Program-made: the position numbers and the translations under genes | The notes under the pieces: model-generated | What the model was told of the DNA's origin: nothing | Seen by the model: the letters and a program-made list of their open reading frames with translations, nothing else | Database searches by the model: none | In this document: positions 1 to 10,455 of the stretch, piece by piece | Position numbering within the stretch: the stretch's first letter is position 1 | Layout of the letters: every line of letters begins with the position of its first letter | NCBI GenBank assembly: GCA_034530615.2 | Contig: JAVRCV020000030.1 | Coordinates: forward strand, 1 to 64,000 | DNA: 64,000 nucleotides | Direction of reading: 5' to 3' | Origin: Aulosira sp. ZfuVER01 | Lineage (GTDB): Bacteria; Cyanobacteriota; Cyanobacteriia; Cyanobacteriales; Nostocaceae

Positions 1-264
1 AAACTGGTTTACAAACTGTTGTTACTGTACCTCATAAACCTGCAATATGCTGTATTAATTTTTACTAAAAGTCAATTATTTTATTGCATTTCTGCGCTAG
101 AAAATAAATATTACTAATATAAATTTAATTTATATATATTGAATTTGCTTTTAAAAGTCCCATTTAAATGAGACTATAACTCGATCGGTTAAGATGTGAG
201 CTATAAATACGACACCAGTGTTAATATTGGTGTCCTAAAACCGAAGCAGATTAGGACAGATAAA

Positions 265-792
265 GTGAAAAATCAAGCATTGAAGCTAGCCACAGGACTA
301 GCACTTATATGTACTAGTGTAGCTATCAACACTGGTTTAGTTAATCAAATAGTCTTAGCAAAAACAAAAAATCCACAAAAGTGTAATCTTTATGCTTACG
401 TTAATGTCTCATCTGGGCAAGCTTTAAATGTGCGGAGTGGAGCAAGTACCCAGAATAAAATTTTAGGGCAAGTGCCTGTTAACGACACTGTTCAGGTTGT
501 TGCTTTTGTGCCAAATTGGGCAAAAGTTACTAATGCTAGTGGCGGTTTTAAAGGAACTGGGTGGGTATCTTTGCCAAAATTAGGTTTATCGACAAAAGGC
601 TATGCCACTAAAGGAGTAAAACTTTATGCCAAAACTAATCAGAACAGCCAAGTAATAGTACGAATTCCTCCTAATACGAGTGTTAATTTATTAGGCTGTC
701 AGGGAGGATGGGCCTTAGTGGAATATAAAGGTATTAAAGGTTGGTTGGTCAGAGAAGATCAATGTGGTGCTGCCCTTACCAGTTGTTCTTGA
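265..792 (+). CDS. Secreted protein with two bacterial SH3 (SH3b) domains
   Basis: ORF 196-792. The GTG at 265 follows AGGA and begins a signal-peptide-like N-terminus. Two repeats of the type LNVRSG...GWV and VKLYAK...KGWL. Confidence 0.75.
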   Translation: MKNQALKLATGLALICTSVAINTGLVNQIVLAKTKNPQKCNLYAYVNVSSGQALNVRSGASTQNKILGQVPVNDTVQVVAFVPNWAKVTNASGGFKGTGWVSLPKLGLSTKGYATKGVKLYAKTNQNSQVIVRIPPNTSVNLLGCQGGWALVEYKGIKGWLVREDQCGAALTSCS

Positions 793-808
793 TATCGTAC
801 TTAAAGTC

Positions 809-841
809 AGATTCCCGACTTCTTCAATCAATCGGGAATCT
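809..841. terminator. Hairpin between convergent genes (terminator or short dispersed palindromic repeat)
   Basis: AGATTCCCGA (809-818) and TCGGGAATCT (832-841) form a perfect 10-bp inverted repeat. Confidence 0.5.
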
Positions 842-886
842 TTGTTGATTATGGCGATCGCCTTTTGTGTAAAATCCTAACTAGCT

Positions 887-3493
887 TTACAAAGCCTCAA
901 AAACGTTAGAATTTCCGTACCCTGCCTTCAAACCACCACCTGCAACCCAAATTTCTCCACCATAAACTACAGGAAAAATGCCATGTCTAGGAGTTGGCAT
1001 AGGCGTACCAAGTCGCCAAGTATTGGTTTTTGGGTTGTAAATATCAACGCGATCGTAAACATTATTGCTAGTTGCACCCGCACCATTTAGAGTTTCACCA
1101 CCCATCACATAAAACTCACCATTGAGATAAGCAGCTTTACCTGTCCCACCTCGTGCTTGTGGTAGAGGCTTGAGCGATGAGCCAGCATCCAAGCTAGATA
1201 CCCAAGTGTTAGTTGCTGGATCGTAGATTTCTACAGTATTGTATCCATTAGTTACAGTATTCCCGCCATCACGGCCGCCAAAAACATATAACTTACTGCC
1301 ATCCGTACCAGATGCTGAGTGGTTTAGGCCTTGTTTCATAGGTGCCAGCATTGTCCAAGTATTAGTTGTTGGATTGTATTTAGCTACTTGATTAGTCGTA
1401 GAGGAGCCAACAATTCCACCAGCTACATATATTTCCCCATTAATTACAGCAGATGAACTAGAGCCTGCTGCAAAAGGCATATTAGCACCTAAACTCCACT
1501 GGTTAGTGGCTGGATCGTAGATTTGTACCTTCCCATCGGCACCACCACCTAAACCTCCAAGTAGGTAGAGTTTTCCATTGAAAACCTCCGCCGCATGGTG
1601 ATTGCCAACGTATGGTCTGACAGCTACATTACTCCAACTTCCAGTTGCCAGATTATAAGCCAAGGTAGCACTGTTAGCTTCACCTACAACATAAACTATG
1701 CCGTTAATTATGCCCGAACTCACTTCACCTAGGGATATAGGCATTTTTGGAGCCGAATCCCAAATACCTGGAGTTGTTAAAGGATTTGCGGAGGTGATGT
1801 TAACTGTAAATGTCCCTAAAGTGCCACTTTGAAGATAGTTATTATTGATGTCGCTAACTTGATTGGCCTGAACTGCTACAGTATAAGTGCCGTTATCAGC
1901 AGCGTCCCAGCTACCACCAGGAGCAGTAATTTGGTAAGTTGCCGTTCGCGGTGTCCCGTTACTGTTGGTGTTTACACTCAAGAATGTTACAGAAGGCTGA
2001 ATTCCATTAGGACCGGTCACTACAATATCCTGAGAATCCAGGGTAGATACATTAATTCCGACGTTATCGGCATAAGATACCGTCAAGTTTTGACTTGTGC
2101 CACCACTAGTAGTGATGTTTGCAGCAGATAAACTTGCCGTTGGTAGTGTCGAGTCTGTTTGGTTAGAGTCAAGAAATTCAATGTAATCGAATCTGGCGTA
2201 CTCTCCTTGGTTTTGTGTACCTTTGATCTCAATTAAATCTCCAGGATTAAGTACTAGCCCAGTGGCAATGGTTCGACGTAAAAAAGTCTGGGTAGTGGCT
2301 GCATTACTGCCCAGGTTCTGGTTAAGATTCCATGCATCTATTGGCTTACCACCAATATTTACGGCGAAATTACCCACACCGTCGTTCTCATCATAGTAAC
2401 CAACTACGACACTATAAGTACCAGCAGCACCATTAAACTTAGTCGTGGCTGTACCTGTTGCCGCAGCACCCAAAAGACTAACGACCTTTCCACCAGAGGC
2501 GGTACTGTTAGATTCAGCATAGTAGTTAGTCAGTGCCATGTTTTCCGCTTCTAGACGAATCGGTGTTCCTGGTGGCGTTGGCGGTGGTGTTGAGTCTGTT
2601 TGGTTAGCGGGAATCAGATCAATATAATCAACCCTCGCGTACTCTCCCTGGTTCTGTGTACCTTTGATCTCAATTAAATCTCCAGGATTGAGCGCTAGTG
2701 CAGTAACAATAGTTCGACGTAAAAAAGTCTGGGTGGTGGCTGCATTACTGCCCAGGTTTTGGTTAAGATTCCACGCATCTATCGGCTTACCACCAATATT
2801 CACGGCAAAATTACCAACTCCGTCGTTCTCATCATAGTAACCAACTACGACACTATAAGTACCAGCAGCACCATTAAATGTAGTGGTGGCTGTGCCTGTT
2901 GCCGCCGCAGTACCAGAAAGACTAACGACTGTTCCAGCAGAAGCGGCACTGTTTGATTCAACTTGGTAGTTAGTCAGTACCATGTTTTCTGCTTCTAGGT
3001 GAATGGGTACTGCTTGTGCCGTTGCTTGTAGTGTTGGTTGTGAACTAGGAATAACCTCAATATCGGAAACTTTTGCATTGTCCACACTAGCCAAAAAGTC
3101 TATATTGAGTAGCCCATCTGTAACCTGAACGTCTACTGATTTTCTCAGTGCCGTATTTACCCCTGCTTGGGCAACGATATCCAGGTTTTTGATGACAGAT
3201 GCACCCTCAATATTCACATCAAAAACCCGCTGCCCTGGATTAGACCAGAAAATCTCAGCAAAGTCTAGATTTACTGTGTAAGTACCACTACTGGATATGG
3301 GAATATTGTACGAAAACTGTTGTCCCCAACGTTCTGTCTGATATAGTAGTGGGTCGCTGCTACCACTAATAGGTTTATTCGTACCATAAGTATTACCACT
3401 AGTATAATTAGCGTCCTTTGCCCAAACATTGCCTGAAATATCAGTATAAGTATCTCCACCAGCATTAATTCTTACAATCGGCTGTGATAACAT
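887..3493 (-). CDS. Multidomain protein: malectin, two CBM6/35-like modules, Ig-like domain, Kelch beta-propeller
   Basis: Malectin motifs RINAGG, LYQTERWG, LDFAEIF and RVFDVNIEG. Two LEAENM...ARVDYI modules. Kelch GG..YDP..W repeats at the C-terminus. Confidence 0.85.
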   Translation of the reverse strand: MLSQPIVRINAGGDTYTDISGNVWAKDANYTSGNTYGTNKPISGSSDPLLYQTERWGQQFSYNIPISSSGTYTVNLDFAEIFWSNPGQRVFDVNIEGASVIKNLDIVAQAGVNTALRKSVDVQVTDGLLNIDFLASVDNAKVSDIEVIPSSQPTLQATAQAVPIHLEAENMVLTNYQVESNSAASAGTVVSLSGTAAATGTATTTFNGAAGTYSVVVGYYDENDGVGNFAVNIGGKPIDAWNLNQNLGSNAATTQTFLRRTIVTALALNPGDLIEIKGTQNQGEYARVDYIDLIPANQTDSTPPPTPPGTPIRLEAENMALTNYYAESNSTASGGKVVSLLGAAATGTATTKFNGAAGTYSVVVGYYDENDGVGNFAVNIGGKPIDAWNLNQNLGSNAATTQTFLRRTIATGLVLNPGDLIEIKGTQNQGEYARFDYIEFLDSNQTDSTLPTASLSAANITTSGGTSQNLTVSYADNVGINVSTLDSQDIVVTGPNGIQPSVTFLSVNTNSNGTPRTATYQITAPGGSWDAADNGTYTVAVQANQVSDINNNYLQSGTLGTFTVNITSANPLTTPGIWDSAPKMPISLGEVSSGIINGIVYVVGEANSATLAYNLATGSWSNVAVRPYVGNHHAAEVFNGKLYLLGGLGGGADGKVQIYDPATNQWSLGANMPFAAGSSSSAVINGEIYVAGGIVGSSTTNQVAKYNPTTNTWTMLAPMKQGLNHSASGTDGSKLYVFGGRDGGNTVTNGYNTVEIYDPATNTWVSSLDAGSSLKPLPQARGGTGKAAYLNGEFYVMGGETLNGAGATSNNVYDRVDIYNPKTNTWRLGTPMPTPRHGIFPVVYGGEIWVAGGGLKAGYGNSNVFEAL
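2150..3005. repeat. Intragenic tandem duplication of about 440 bp encoding the two CBM-like modules
   Basis: Near-identical DNA at a 441-bp offset, for example 2196-2248 versus 2637-2689. Confidence 0.85.
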
Positions 3494-4096
3494 ATTCTCC
3501 TAAGGTGTCTTATCATTACCAATAAGCTTTCTGACAAACGAAACAGTTCAAACAATAAGCTAAAAGATGTGGGTTTGAACTGTTTAATGTCGTCTTATAA
3601 GCTACAAAGCTTTTTGGCTTTATCTAGTGAAATATCCTGATAATATAAAAATTCTATTCATAAATGATGCTGATGATATGAAGAGACAGTGTTTTTTTAG
3701 TAAAGCCAAGTTCAGTATTTGGTAAATTCGTCCCGAATCAGCCGAAGGCAAGATAAGACACATCAACCTCTTTTGTCAGAGAAAGAACATAATATTAAAC
3801 TGCCACTTTTACAAACTGTCGCAATTAATAAATTTAAATGACAAACTTGAGATGCAATGAATGCCTGTGGCGATTTGGAAGAAACTTAATGCTAAAAATA
3901 TGCTTTTAGTAAAAATGTAATTTCTAATCAATATCAAGCTTGGAGTGAATATTAATTATAAATAATTGCAATAAATTGATATAAAAAAATTTACTCTTTA
4001 GAGAGATGTATTGCTTCTGGGCTAATACTTTGATAAGTATTATTTGGGTTTTAAGTTTTAATTAAAACCCCTATCACTGAATGTTAAAAATTATTT

Positions 4097-5005
4097 ATGA
4101 CTTACGATAACCGCGCGGTGGTACGCAAGGTTCTAATTATCACCCTACTGCTAAACCTATTTGTGATGGCATTGAAAGCAGTTGTCGGTTACTCCACCGG
4201 TTCTCTCAGCTTGTTGGCTGATGCTTTACATAGTGTTACAGATAGTGCCAACAACATTTTAGGATTGATTACTAGTAGGTTTTCTTCTCCACACCCCGAT
4301 CGCGAACATCCCTATGGACACCAAAAATTTGAAGCTGTGGGTGCTTTGGGAATTGCTGCCTTTCTAGGGATAGCGTGTTTTGAAATTCTCCAAGGAGCAA
4401 TCGAAAGAATTCTTAAAGGTGGCCACCCTGTAACAATATCAGCACCAGAATTGTGGTTATTACTAATTGTGTTGGGTGTGAATATTTTTGTAACTTTTTA
4501 CGAACGTGGTGTAGGTAAGCGGGTAGGTAGCCCAATTTTGATTGCTGATGCTACACATACTATGAGTGATGTGTGGGTAACAATTACTGTAATTGGTGGC
4601 TTGGTTGGCGTTTGGCTAGGTTATCAATGGCTGGATGTAGTTTTAGCTTTTCCCGTTGCTTTGTTGGTATTTTGGAGTGGTTGGTCAGTTTTAAAAGCAA
4701 ATTTACCTTCACTGGTAGATGAAATGGCGATCGCACCAGAAGCCATTCATGCGATCGCCCTTTCTGTTCCGGGGGTGATTAACTGTCATGACATTGCTTC
4801 TCGTGGGGTTCTCGGCCGTCAAGTCTTTATTGAAATGCATTTAATTGTAGATGCAGCAGATGTAGAAACCGCCCATAGAATTACAGAACAAGTAGAAAGC
4901 CTACTAGAAGAAAATTTTAGACCTGTGAGAGTTCTCATTCATGTAGAACCCCCAGCCTACCAATCTGAGAAAATTACCTTTGAATCAGGCTCAAAACAAG
5001 GTTAA
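4097..5005 (+). CDS. Cation diffusion facilitator (CDF) family transporter
   Basis: SLSLLADALHSVTD, HPYGHQKFE, ADATHTMSD and the C-terminal IHVEP motif. Confidence 0.92.
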   Translation: MTYDNRAVVRKVLIITLLLNLFVMALKAVVGYSTGSLSLLADALHSVTDSANNILGLITSRFSSPHPDREHPYGHQKFEAVGALGIAAFLGIACFEILQGAIERILKGGHPVTISAPELWLLLIVLGVNIFVTFYERGVGKRVGSPILIADATHTMSDVWVTITVIGGLVGVWLGYQWLDVVLAFPVALLVFWSGWSVLKANLPSLVDEMAIAPEAIHAIALSVPGVINCHDIASRGVLGRQVFIEMHLIVDAADVETAHRITEQVESLLEENFRPVRVLIHVEPPAYQSEKITFESGSKQG

Positions 5006-5227
5006 ATAATACTAATTCTCCCACCCGAAACAACCAACCGATCGGGACGCCGTAACGCGGAGATTGATGTTTGATCGGATTTTTGAGAACTAACATAACA
5101 AATTCTCGAAAACGCGATGAAATATTTTTTATTTGCAATTGCCTGGAAAGCCCATAAAAAAGAGTTATGAACTTTTAGTTTTTGCAACTTCAAATTCATA
5201 ACTCACAATTCATCATTCAGAATTTAA

Positions 5228-6850
5228 TTATTCCCACTCGATGGTTCCAGGTGGCTTGGAGGTGATATCGTAAACCACCCGATTCACACCTTTAACTTCA
5301 TTGACAATCCGGTTAGAAATTACTTCCAACACATCATAAGGTACACGCGCCCAGTCAGCTGTCATACCATCTTCGCTGGTGACAATCCGCAAAACGATGG
5401 GGTAAGCATAGGTACGTTGATCGCCCATTACACCCACACTACGAATTGGTAGCAACACGGCAAATGCTTGCCAAACATCGTGGTACAAACCGCGTTGATT
5501 AATTTCTTGGCGAACTATCAAATCAGCATCCCGAAGGATGTTCAATCTGTCAGCAGTAACTTCACCAAGAATGCGAATCGCTAAACCAGGGCCGGGGAAA
5601 GGTTGACGTTGAACGATTTCTTCTGGTAAGCCAATCGAACGCCCAACTTTGCGGACTTCATCTTTAAAAAGTTTCCGCAATGGTTCTACTAGTTTAAATC
5701 GCAAGTCTTTGGGCAATCCACCAACGTTGTGATGACTCTTGATTTTTACCGCTACTCGTTCGCCAGTTTGGGGATCGACATTGGTATCGGCTGATTCGAT
5801 CACATCTGGATACAGCGTACCTTGAGCTAGATAATCAAAATGACCGAGGCGTTTCGATGTTTCTTCAAATACATTAATGAATTCGTGACCGATGCGGCGA
5901 CGCTTTTCTTCGGGATCGGTGACACCAGCAATTTTAGCTAAAAAGCGATCGCGGGCATTTACATACTCTACCGGAATATGAAACTGCTCTTGAAATAGCT
6001 TCACCAACCTTTCTGGCTCATACTTCCGCATAAAGCCTTGATCGATAAATACACAAGTAAGCTGATCGCCGATAGCTTTGTGTAATAAGAATGCCAAGGT
6101 AGAAGAATCCACTCCACCAGAAAGCGCTAACAACACACGCTTATCCCCGACTCTAGCGCGAATTTCCCGAACTGATTGTTCCACAAAAGCGGCGGTTGTC
6201 CAGGTAGGTTCGCAGTCGCAGATATGGTAAACAAAGTTACGGATTAATGCCAAGCCGCCCAGAGAATGTACTACCTCTGGATGGAACTGTACACCATAAA
6301 GTTTCTTCTCATGGTCAGCAATGGCAGCACAAGGAGTATTTTCTGTATGTGCTAGCAATTCAAACCCTGGTGGCATTTTAGTTACAGAGTCTCCATGACT
6401 CATCCACATCGTCGTGCCATCTTCGACGTTAGTCAGCAAGTCTGTGGGATCATCTATATATATAGATGCTTTACCATACTCACCGCGATCGGCCTTTGCG
6501 ACTTCCCCACCTAACTGATTCACCATCAGTTGCATACCATAGCACACACCCAAAATAGGGACTCCCAAATTCCAAATTTCTGGGTCACAATGGGGAGCGT
6601 TATCTCCATAAACAGAACTTGGGCCACCAGAGAGGATAATTCCTTTGGGATTTAGTTGCCGTAAATGTTCAGCTGTCGTACGATAGGACAGGACTTCTGA
6701 GTAGACTTGTGTCTCGCGAATGCGACGGGCAATTAGTTCGGAATACTGAGAGCCAAAGTCCAGGATCACAATTATTTGGCGATTAAGCTGTCCCCAATTC
6801 TCAGTTGCTTGGGGTGATTGTTCAGTTAGTAGAGTCACCGCTGTATTCAT
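5228..6850 (-). CDS. guaA: GMP synthase (glutamine-hydrolysing)
   Basis: [27 protein letters not shown] and the terminal [17 protein letters not shown] at 6850 preferred over TTG at 6859. Confidence 0.97.
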   Translation of the reverse strand: MNTAVTLLTEQSPQATENWGQLNRQIIVILDFGSQYSELIARRIRETQVYSEVLSYRTTAEHLRQLNPKGIILSGGPSSVYGDNAPHCDPEIWNLGVPILGVCYGMQLMVNQLGGEVAKADRGEYGKASIYIDDPTDLLTNVEDGTTMWMSHGDSVTKMPPGFELLAHTENTPCAAIADHEKKLYGVQFHPEVVHSLGGLALIRNFVYHICDCEPTWTTAAFVEQSVREIRARVGDKRVLLALSGGVDSSTLAFLLHKAIGDQLTCVFIDQGFMRKYEPERLVKLFQEQFHIPVEYVNARDRFLAKIAGVTDPEEKRRRIGHEFINVFEETSKRLGHFDYLAQGTLYPDVIESADTNVDPQTGERVAVKIKSHHNVGGLPKDLRFKLVEPLRKLFKDEVRKVGRSIGLPEEIVQRQPFPGPGLAIRILGEVTADRLNILRDADLIVRQEINQRGLYHDVWQAFAVLLPIRSVGVMGDQRTYAYPIVLRIVTSEDGMTADWARVPYDVLEVISNRIVNEVKGVNRVVYDITSKPPGTIEWE

Positions 6851-7082
6851 GAGTGGCAAGAGATTGTGTCTGTTAGGATAAATCGTCGCGCTGTGGTCTA
6901 AGTGATCCCATTAACTCTACCTACTTTAGGTTAGTAATGGTAAATAAATCCCCTACAAACGCGCTTATTAAACGCGCCTGTTTAGCCTATTGATTTGGCA
7001 TGGTATTAAAAAGACAAAATTACCCTAGTTCTGCTACCGAAAAAGTTATTTATTTGGATTATTTATGATTATTCATATTAAG

Positions 7083-8198
7083 TTAACATAATTTTCCGGA
7101 TAACATACAAGCAGTTTTGCTCTTCACGATAATTTTGCGATCGCGGTCAAAAAGCACTGAACCACAGACTGTGGCAGATGCACCTCTGTTGCTGTGGCTT
7201 TGGATATATTCTTGGGAACGAGAGTCAATAGCTTGGGCGATCGCACTATAAACTTGATTTACCCAATTGCTGCCTGTATTGGCATCTAACGATCTTAAAT
7301 ATGTGAGTGCAGCTTCAGCAGTAGGACTGTCAAAAACTACTTGTATATCTGATTGCTTTAACCCAGCTAAACAACAGTAAGTACTGAGAATTTCCCGACG
7401 CCCATCGGCAAGATGATGATGGGTATGAAAAATCCCCCCTGCCAATTTCATGAGTTTTCCATGATGCCCAAACAATAAGATTTCTTTAACACCCAAAACA
7501 TCAGCTTCTACTAACATTGGCCCTAGCCAGTTAGCAGTTTTTACTAACTGTTCCGGATTAATACCGATTTTTCGCGCTAAATCTAAGCCATTCTCACCAA
7601 TACAAAATACCAAGCTGTCAAATTTACTCGCTTTCTGTTCTAAGTCAGCACGGAAAGCTGTTAGTTGATCTGGTGTGCTTAAAGGTTGGGAAATTCCCGT
7701 AGTTCCCAACAGCGAAAGCCCTTCTACCACACCAAAAGCAGCATTTGAAGTACGAACCGCAAGCGATCGCCCGGCGGGTAAAATTATTGTGACAGAAATT
7801 CTTTCGTTTGCTGCTAGCGATCGCCGCAAGTTTTCTTGTAATAGCCTTTGAGCATAAGCGTAAATAGCCGCTTTCCCCTCACCATTCTCCTGCTTACCAA
7901 TTCCTTCGCCACCTTTAATAACTACTGCTTCCCCCTCTCCCTCCTGCCATTCCACCAGTGCCCAAATCGGCGTATTTTTAGTCAGATCGAGATTATCACC
8001 AGGATCGCTGCGGGTAATTGCCAAAGCCATATTCTCAGATAATCCTGCTACCTGTTCAATAGGGATTTCAGCGATTTGGGCTGGTTCAATTAAATCTACT
8101 GCTGCTACTGTCAAGGGTTGACGATGACGCAACCAGTGTAAAGCAGCAACCGCAGAGGCACAAGCAAAAACGGGGAGAGTGTATCCAGAACGAGACAT
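7083..8198 (-). CDS. cbiD: Cobalt-precorrin-5B C1-methyltransferase
   Basis: RSGYTLPVFACA, DPGDNLDLT, GLSLLGTTG and GKLMKLAGGIFHTH. Confidence 0.92.
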   Translation of the reverse strand: MSRSGYTLPVFACASAVAALHWLRHRQPLTVAAVDLIEPAQIAEIPIEQVAGLSENMALAITRSDPGDNLDLTKNTPIWALVEWQEGEGEAVVIKGGEGIGKQENGEGKAAIYAYAQRLLQENLRRSLAANERISVTIILPAGRSLAVRTSNAAFGVVEGLSLLGTTGISQPLSTPDQLTAFRADLEQKASKFDSLVFCIGENGLDLARKIGINPEQLVKTANWLGPMLVEADVLGVKEILLFGHHGKLMKLAGGIFHTHHHLADGRREILSTYCCLAGLKQSDIQVVFDSPTAEAALTYLRSLDANTGSNWVNQVYSAIAQAIDSRSQEYIQSHSNRGASATVCGSVLFDRDRKIIVKSKTACMLSGKLC

Positions 8199-8217
8199 TG
8201 TAAAAATTTCAGATTAA

Positions 8218-8357
8218 GAAGGCAGGAGGCAGAAGGAAAGGAAAAACTAAGAGTTTTCATGCTTGGTTGTGGGATTTTTCTAAAGAAGGTTGACATAAAG
8301 TTTTTTTCATTGAGACTACCTTCCCCTTATGCCCTCTGCCATCTGCCCTCTGCCTTC
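8218..8357. repeat. Inverted arrays of short tandem (STRR-like) heptamers flanking a spacer
   Basis: GAAGGCAGGAGGCAGAAGG on the left and CCCTCTGCCATCTGCCCTCTGCCTTC on the right. Related units at 24103-24134 and 59704-59724. Confidence 0.55.
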
Positions 8358-8358
8358 A

Positions 8359-8655
8359 TTAAACACCTACTTCTGATAATAGAGCTTGCATATCTTCCCA
8401 CAATAGTCCTTGTTGGATATAACGAGGTGCTTCAGGGTTGTAAGGAGTAGCTACGCGATCGATGCTGAGAATTTTAGCCCCATCTGGCAGCACGGGGACA
8501 TCTGGATCAAATGCCGTTGGGCGCATCAGCGAACTAGAAAAGCCCTTAAATATGGCAATTGTGTCTTCCTCACTACCAACTTCCACCTGTACTAGTAAGA
8601 CTTCTTGGGGGCGTTTAGCAGTGTATTGTTCCAGTCGCTTGCCAATAGAATTCAT
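8359..8655 (-). CDS. Conserved cyanobacterial/plastid-type hypothetical protein
   Basis: 98-aa ORF with RLEQYT, IFKGFSSSL and PYNP motifs, co-oriented with its neighbours. Confidence 0.75.
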   Translation of the reverse strand: MNSIGKRLEQYTAKRPQEVLLVQVEVGSEEDTIAIFKGFSSSLMRPTAFDPDVPVLPDGAKILSIDRVATPYNPEAPRYIQQGLLWEDMQALLSEVGV

Positions 8656-8697
8656 TTTTGCAAGTGTCAGGTATTTTGAATTTAAGCACCGCGAGGA

Positions 8698-9294
8698 TTA
8701 CTGTTGTGTGGCTGAACGTCCCTGTTTACCTAGCTTGATTAAGACAAAATAGCTTAAGTAAAGCACGTAAAAGATCAAGCCGACGATGCCAAGAAAGCCG
8801 AGAAATGCTGGTTTGCTATTGGCATGAAAATACTCTTTAAATAGCAACGGTGCTTCTAACCAGACACGACAATAAGAAGTTTTGAGCGCAGTGGGAGAAA
8901 AAGCACAACCCAAAAAAGGTAGAAAGGCTATGGTGCCTAAAATTCCATAAATAGTCATAGCCCAACGCCAAGAGGTAAAAATTAGTTTTAACGGCCCGCT
9001 AGCTTGATACTCTATTTCATCATTTAGATCTACCCAGAACCACAAGGAAACGGGGATCAAGATGCGACCAATCAATCCAGAGAGAAAACTTACCCCAAAC
9101 CCACCAATCATCAAGTAAACGGTAATGGCCAGAATACTGGATACTCGCCAATAAATCGTTAATAAGCGTTGTATCCCTTCTACTCTTTGAACAAACGCCC
9201 AAATCAGCAGAATTAGGGGAATAATCACCATAAATACCAGTGCCAGTCTGTAGTCAAGCCACACAAACGGGCGAAACCAAACATCATTTTCCAT
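8698..9294 (-). CDS. Membrane protein, DUF3177-like
   Basis: Hydrophobic ORF with VWLDYRLA, YWRVSS, SLWFWVDLNDEI and KQGRSA. The ATG of MENDVW was chosen; the ORF is open to 9306. Confidence 0.8.
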   Translation of the reverse strand: MENDVWFRPFVWLDYRLALVFMVIIPLILLIWAFVQRVEGIQRLLTIYWRVSSILAITVYLMIGGFGVSFLSGLIGRILIPVSLWFWVDLNDEIEYQASGPLKLIFTSWRWAMTIYGILGTIAFLPFLGCAFSPTALKTSYCRVWLEAPLLFKEYFHANSKPAFLGFLGIVGLIFYVLYLSYFVLIKLGKQGRSATQQ

Positions 9295-9861
9295 AGTTTT
9301 TACCAAACTATAAATTAAGCAATCTCACTAAAACGATCCCTAACTGTCATAATTAACAGTTATTTAGACAGCTAATAGCTGTTACATGATAGCTAACAGT
9401 TTAATTAAAACAAACAATTTAGGTACTAGCTCAAGCTAGATATTTTTATACCAATTTACTTAAATTTCGACTAGACTTGAAATACTTTGTTAGACTAAAA
9501 AATATCTCTGCCCCTAATTACAGCATCTAGAGCTACATATCATAGTACTTAGATGTGTAATTAGCAAAAAGAACAAGCAACTTCAGGTTTTTTCACATAA
9601 TATCTTGCACTAACCTACACCAACTGCAGGGTAAGTTGCAAAACTCACCCTGGTGCTATATGTAATGTAAACTCCCAATAATCTGTATTCAGACCAAAAA
9701 TTACTTCTGAATTTCCTCAACCACAGTATAGATGGATGAGTGCCCTCAATCTTAAAAGAAGCTGAGTAAACAGATATGGAAGTGGTGTAAAGGTGCAATA
9801 TATCAGTAAATCAGTCCTGGTTGCTTGCCCGTTAGACGAAAAAAATTAACCAATTTAATTT

Positions 9862-10083
9862 TTAGTCATCGTAAACTCGACACTCAACTGCTTCTGGATT
9901 GTCATCACAGTACTTTTCTAAAGAATTTTTTGGTTTACTTTGACGCTGATGGGAGGCTTCAGCTTGCAATTCTTCAACTGCATCCCAAGCCGCTGCACAT
10001 TCAGCAGAGTTGCTACCTGAAATGTCACAGACAGCACGAGCTTGTTCAACTTCTTCTTGGATTTTTTCTTGGATGTCGCTCAT
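9862..10083 (-). CDS. cp12: Calvin-cycle regulatory protein CP12
   Basis: Core AWDAVEEL motif with both cysteine pairs (C..C and YCDDNPEAVECRVYD). Confidence 0.95.
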   Translation of the reverse strand: MSDIQEKIQEEVEQARAVCDISGSNSAECAAAWDAVEELQAEASHQRQSKPKNSLEKYCDDNPEAVECRVYDD

Positions 10084-10455
10084 AGATTTAGTCTCGTTGT
10101 GTGGTGTTAATACCAGTATAGAAAAATATCAAAAATGACGGTTTTTTGTCCTATCGTTCACCATTCTAACCACTGAGCTGTTAAGTTAGTGTTTTAGTCT
10201 AGTGATCCATAACTAATACAATAAACGATGGCACATATACTACATTTATATTTATCTTTTAAGATTTTGTAGAGTCAGTAGTACGAAAGTATAATCATAC
10301 AATAGATTTAATAAATCTAGTAACCCTAGCTTCCTGGGATGGTCAGACCACTGAAGTGAGAGAAATTGAGTTGGCATCAACTCTTGTCGGATGCAATTCT
10401 ACCCAGGAATAAAAGTCAAAAGAACAGCCCAACGAGAGAAAAAAGCCTAAAACTC

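Noticed and set aside
5002..5227. Integration scar, CRISPR remnant or small ORF downstream of guaA
   Set aside because: There are only short inverted repeats (CCGATC/GATCGG and GAGTTATGAA/TTCATAACTC). There is no convincing duplication of the guaA 3' end and no repeat-spacer pattern, and the 65-aa ORF has no recognisable features.
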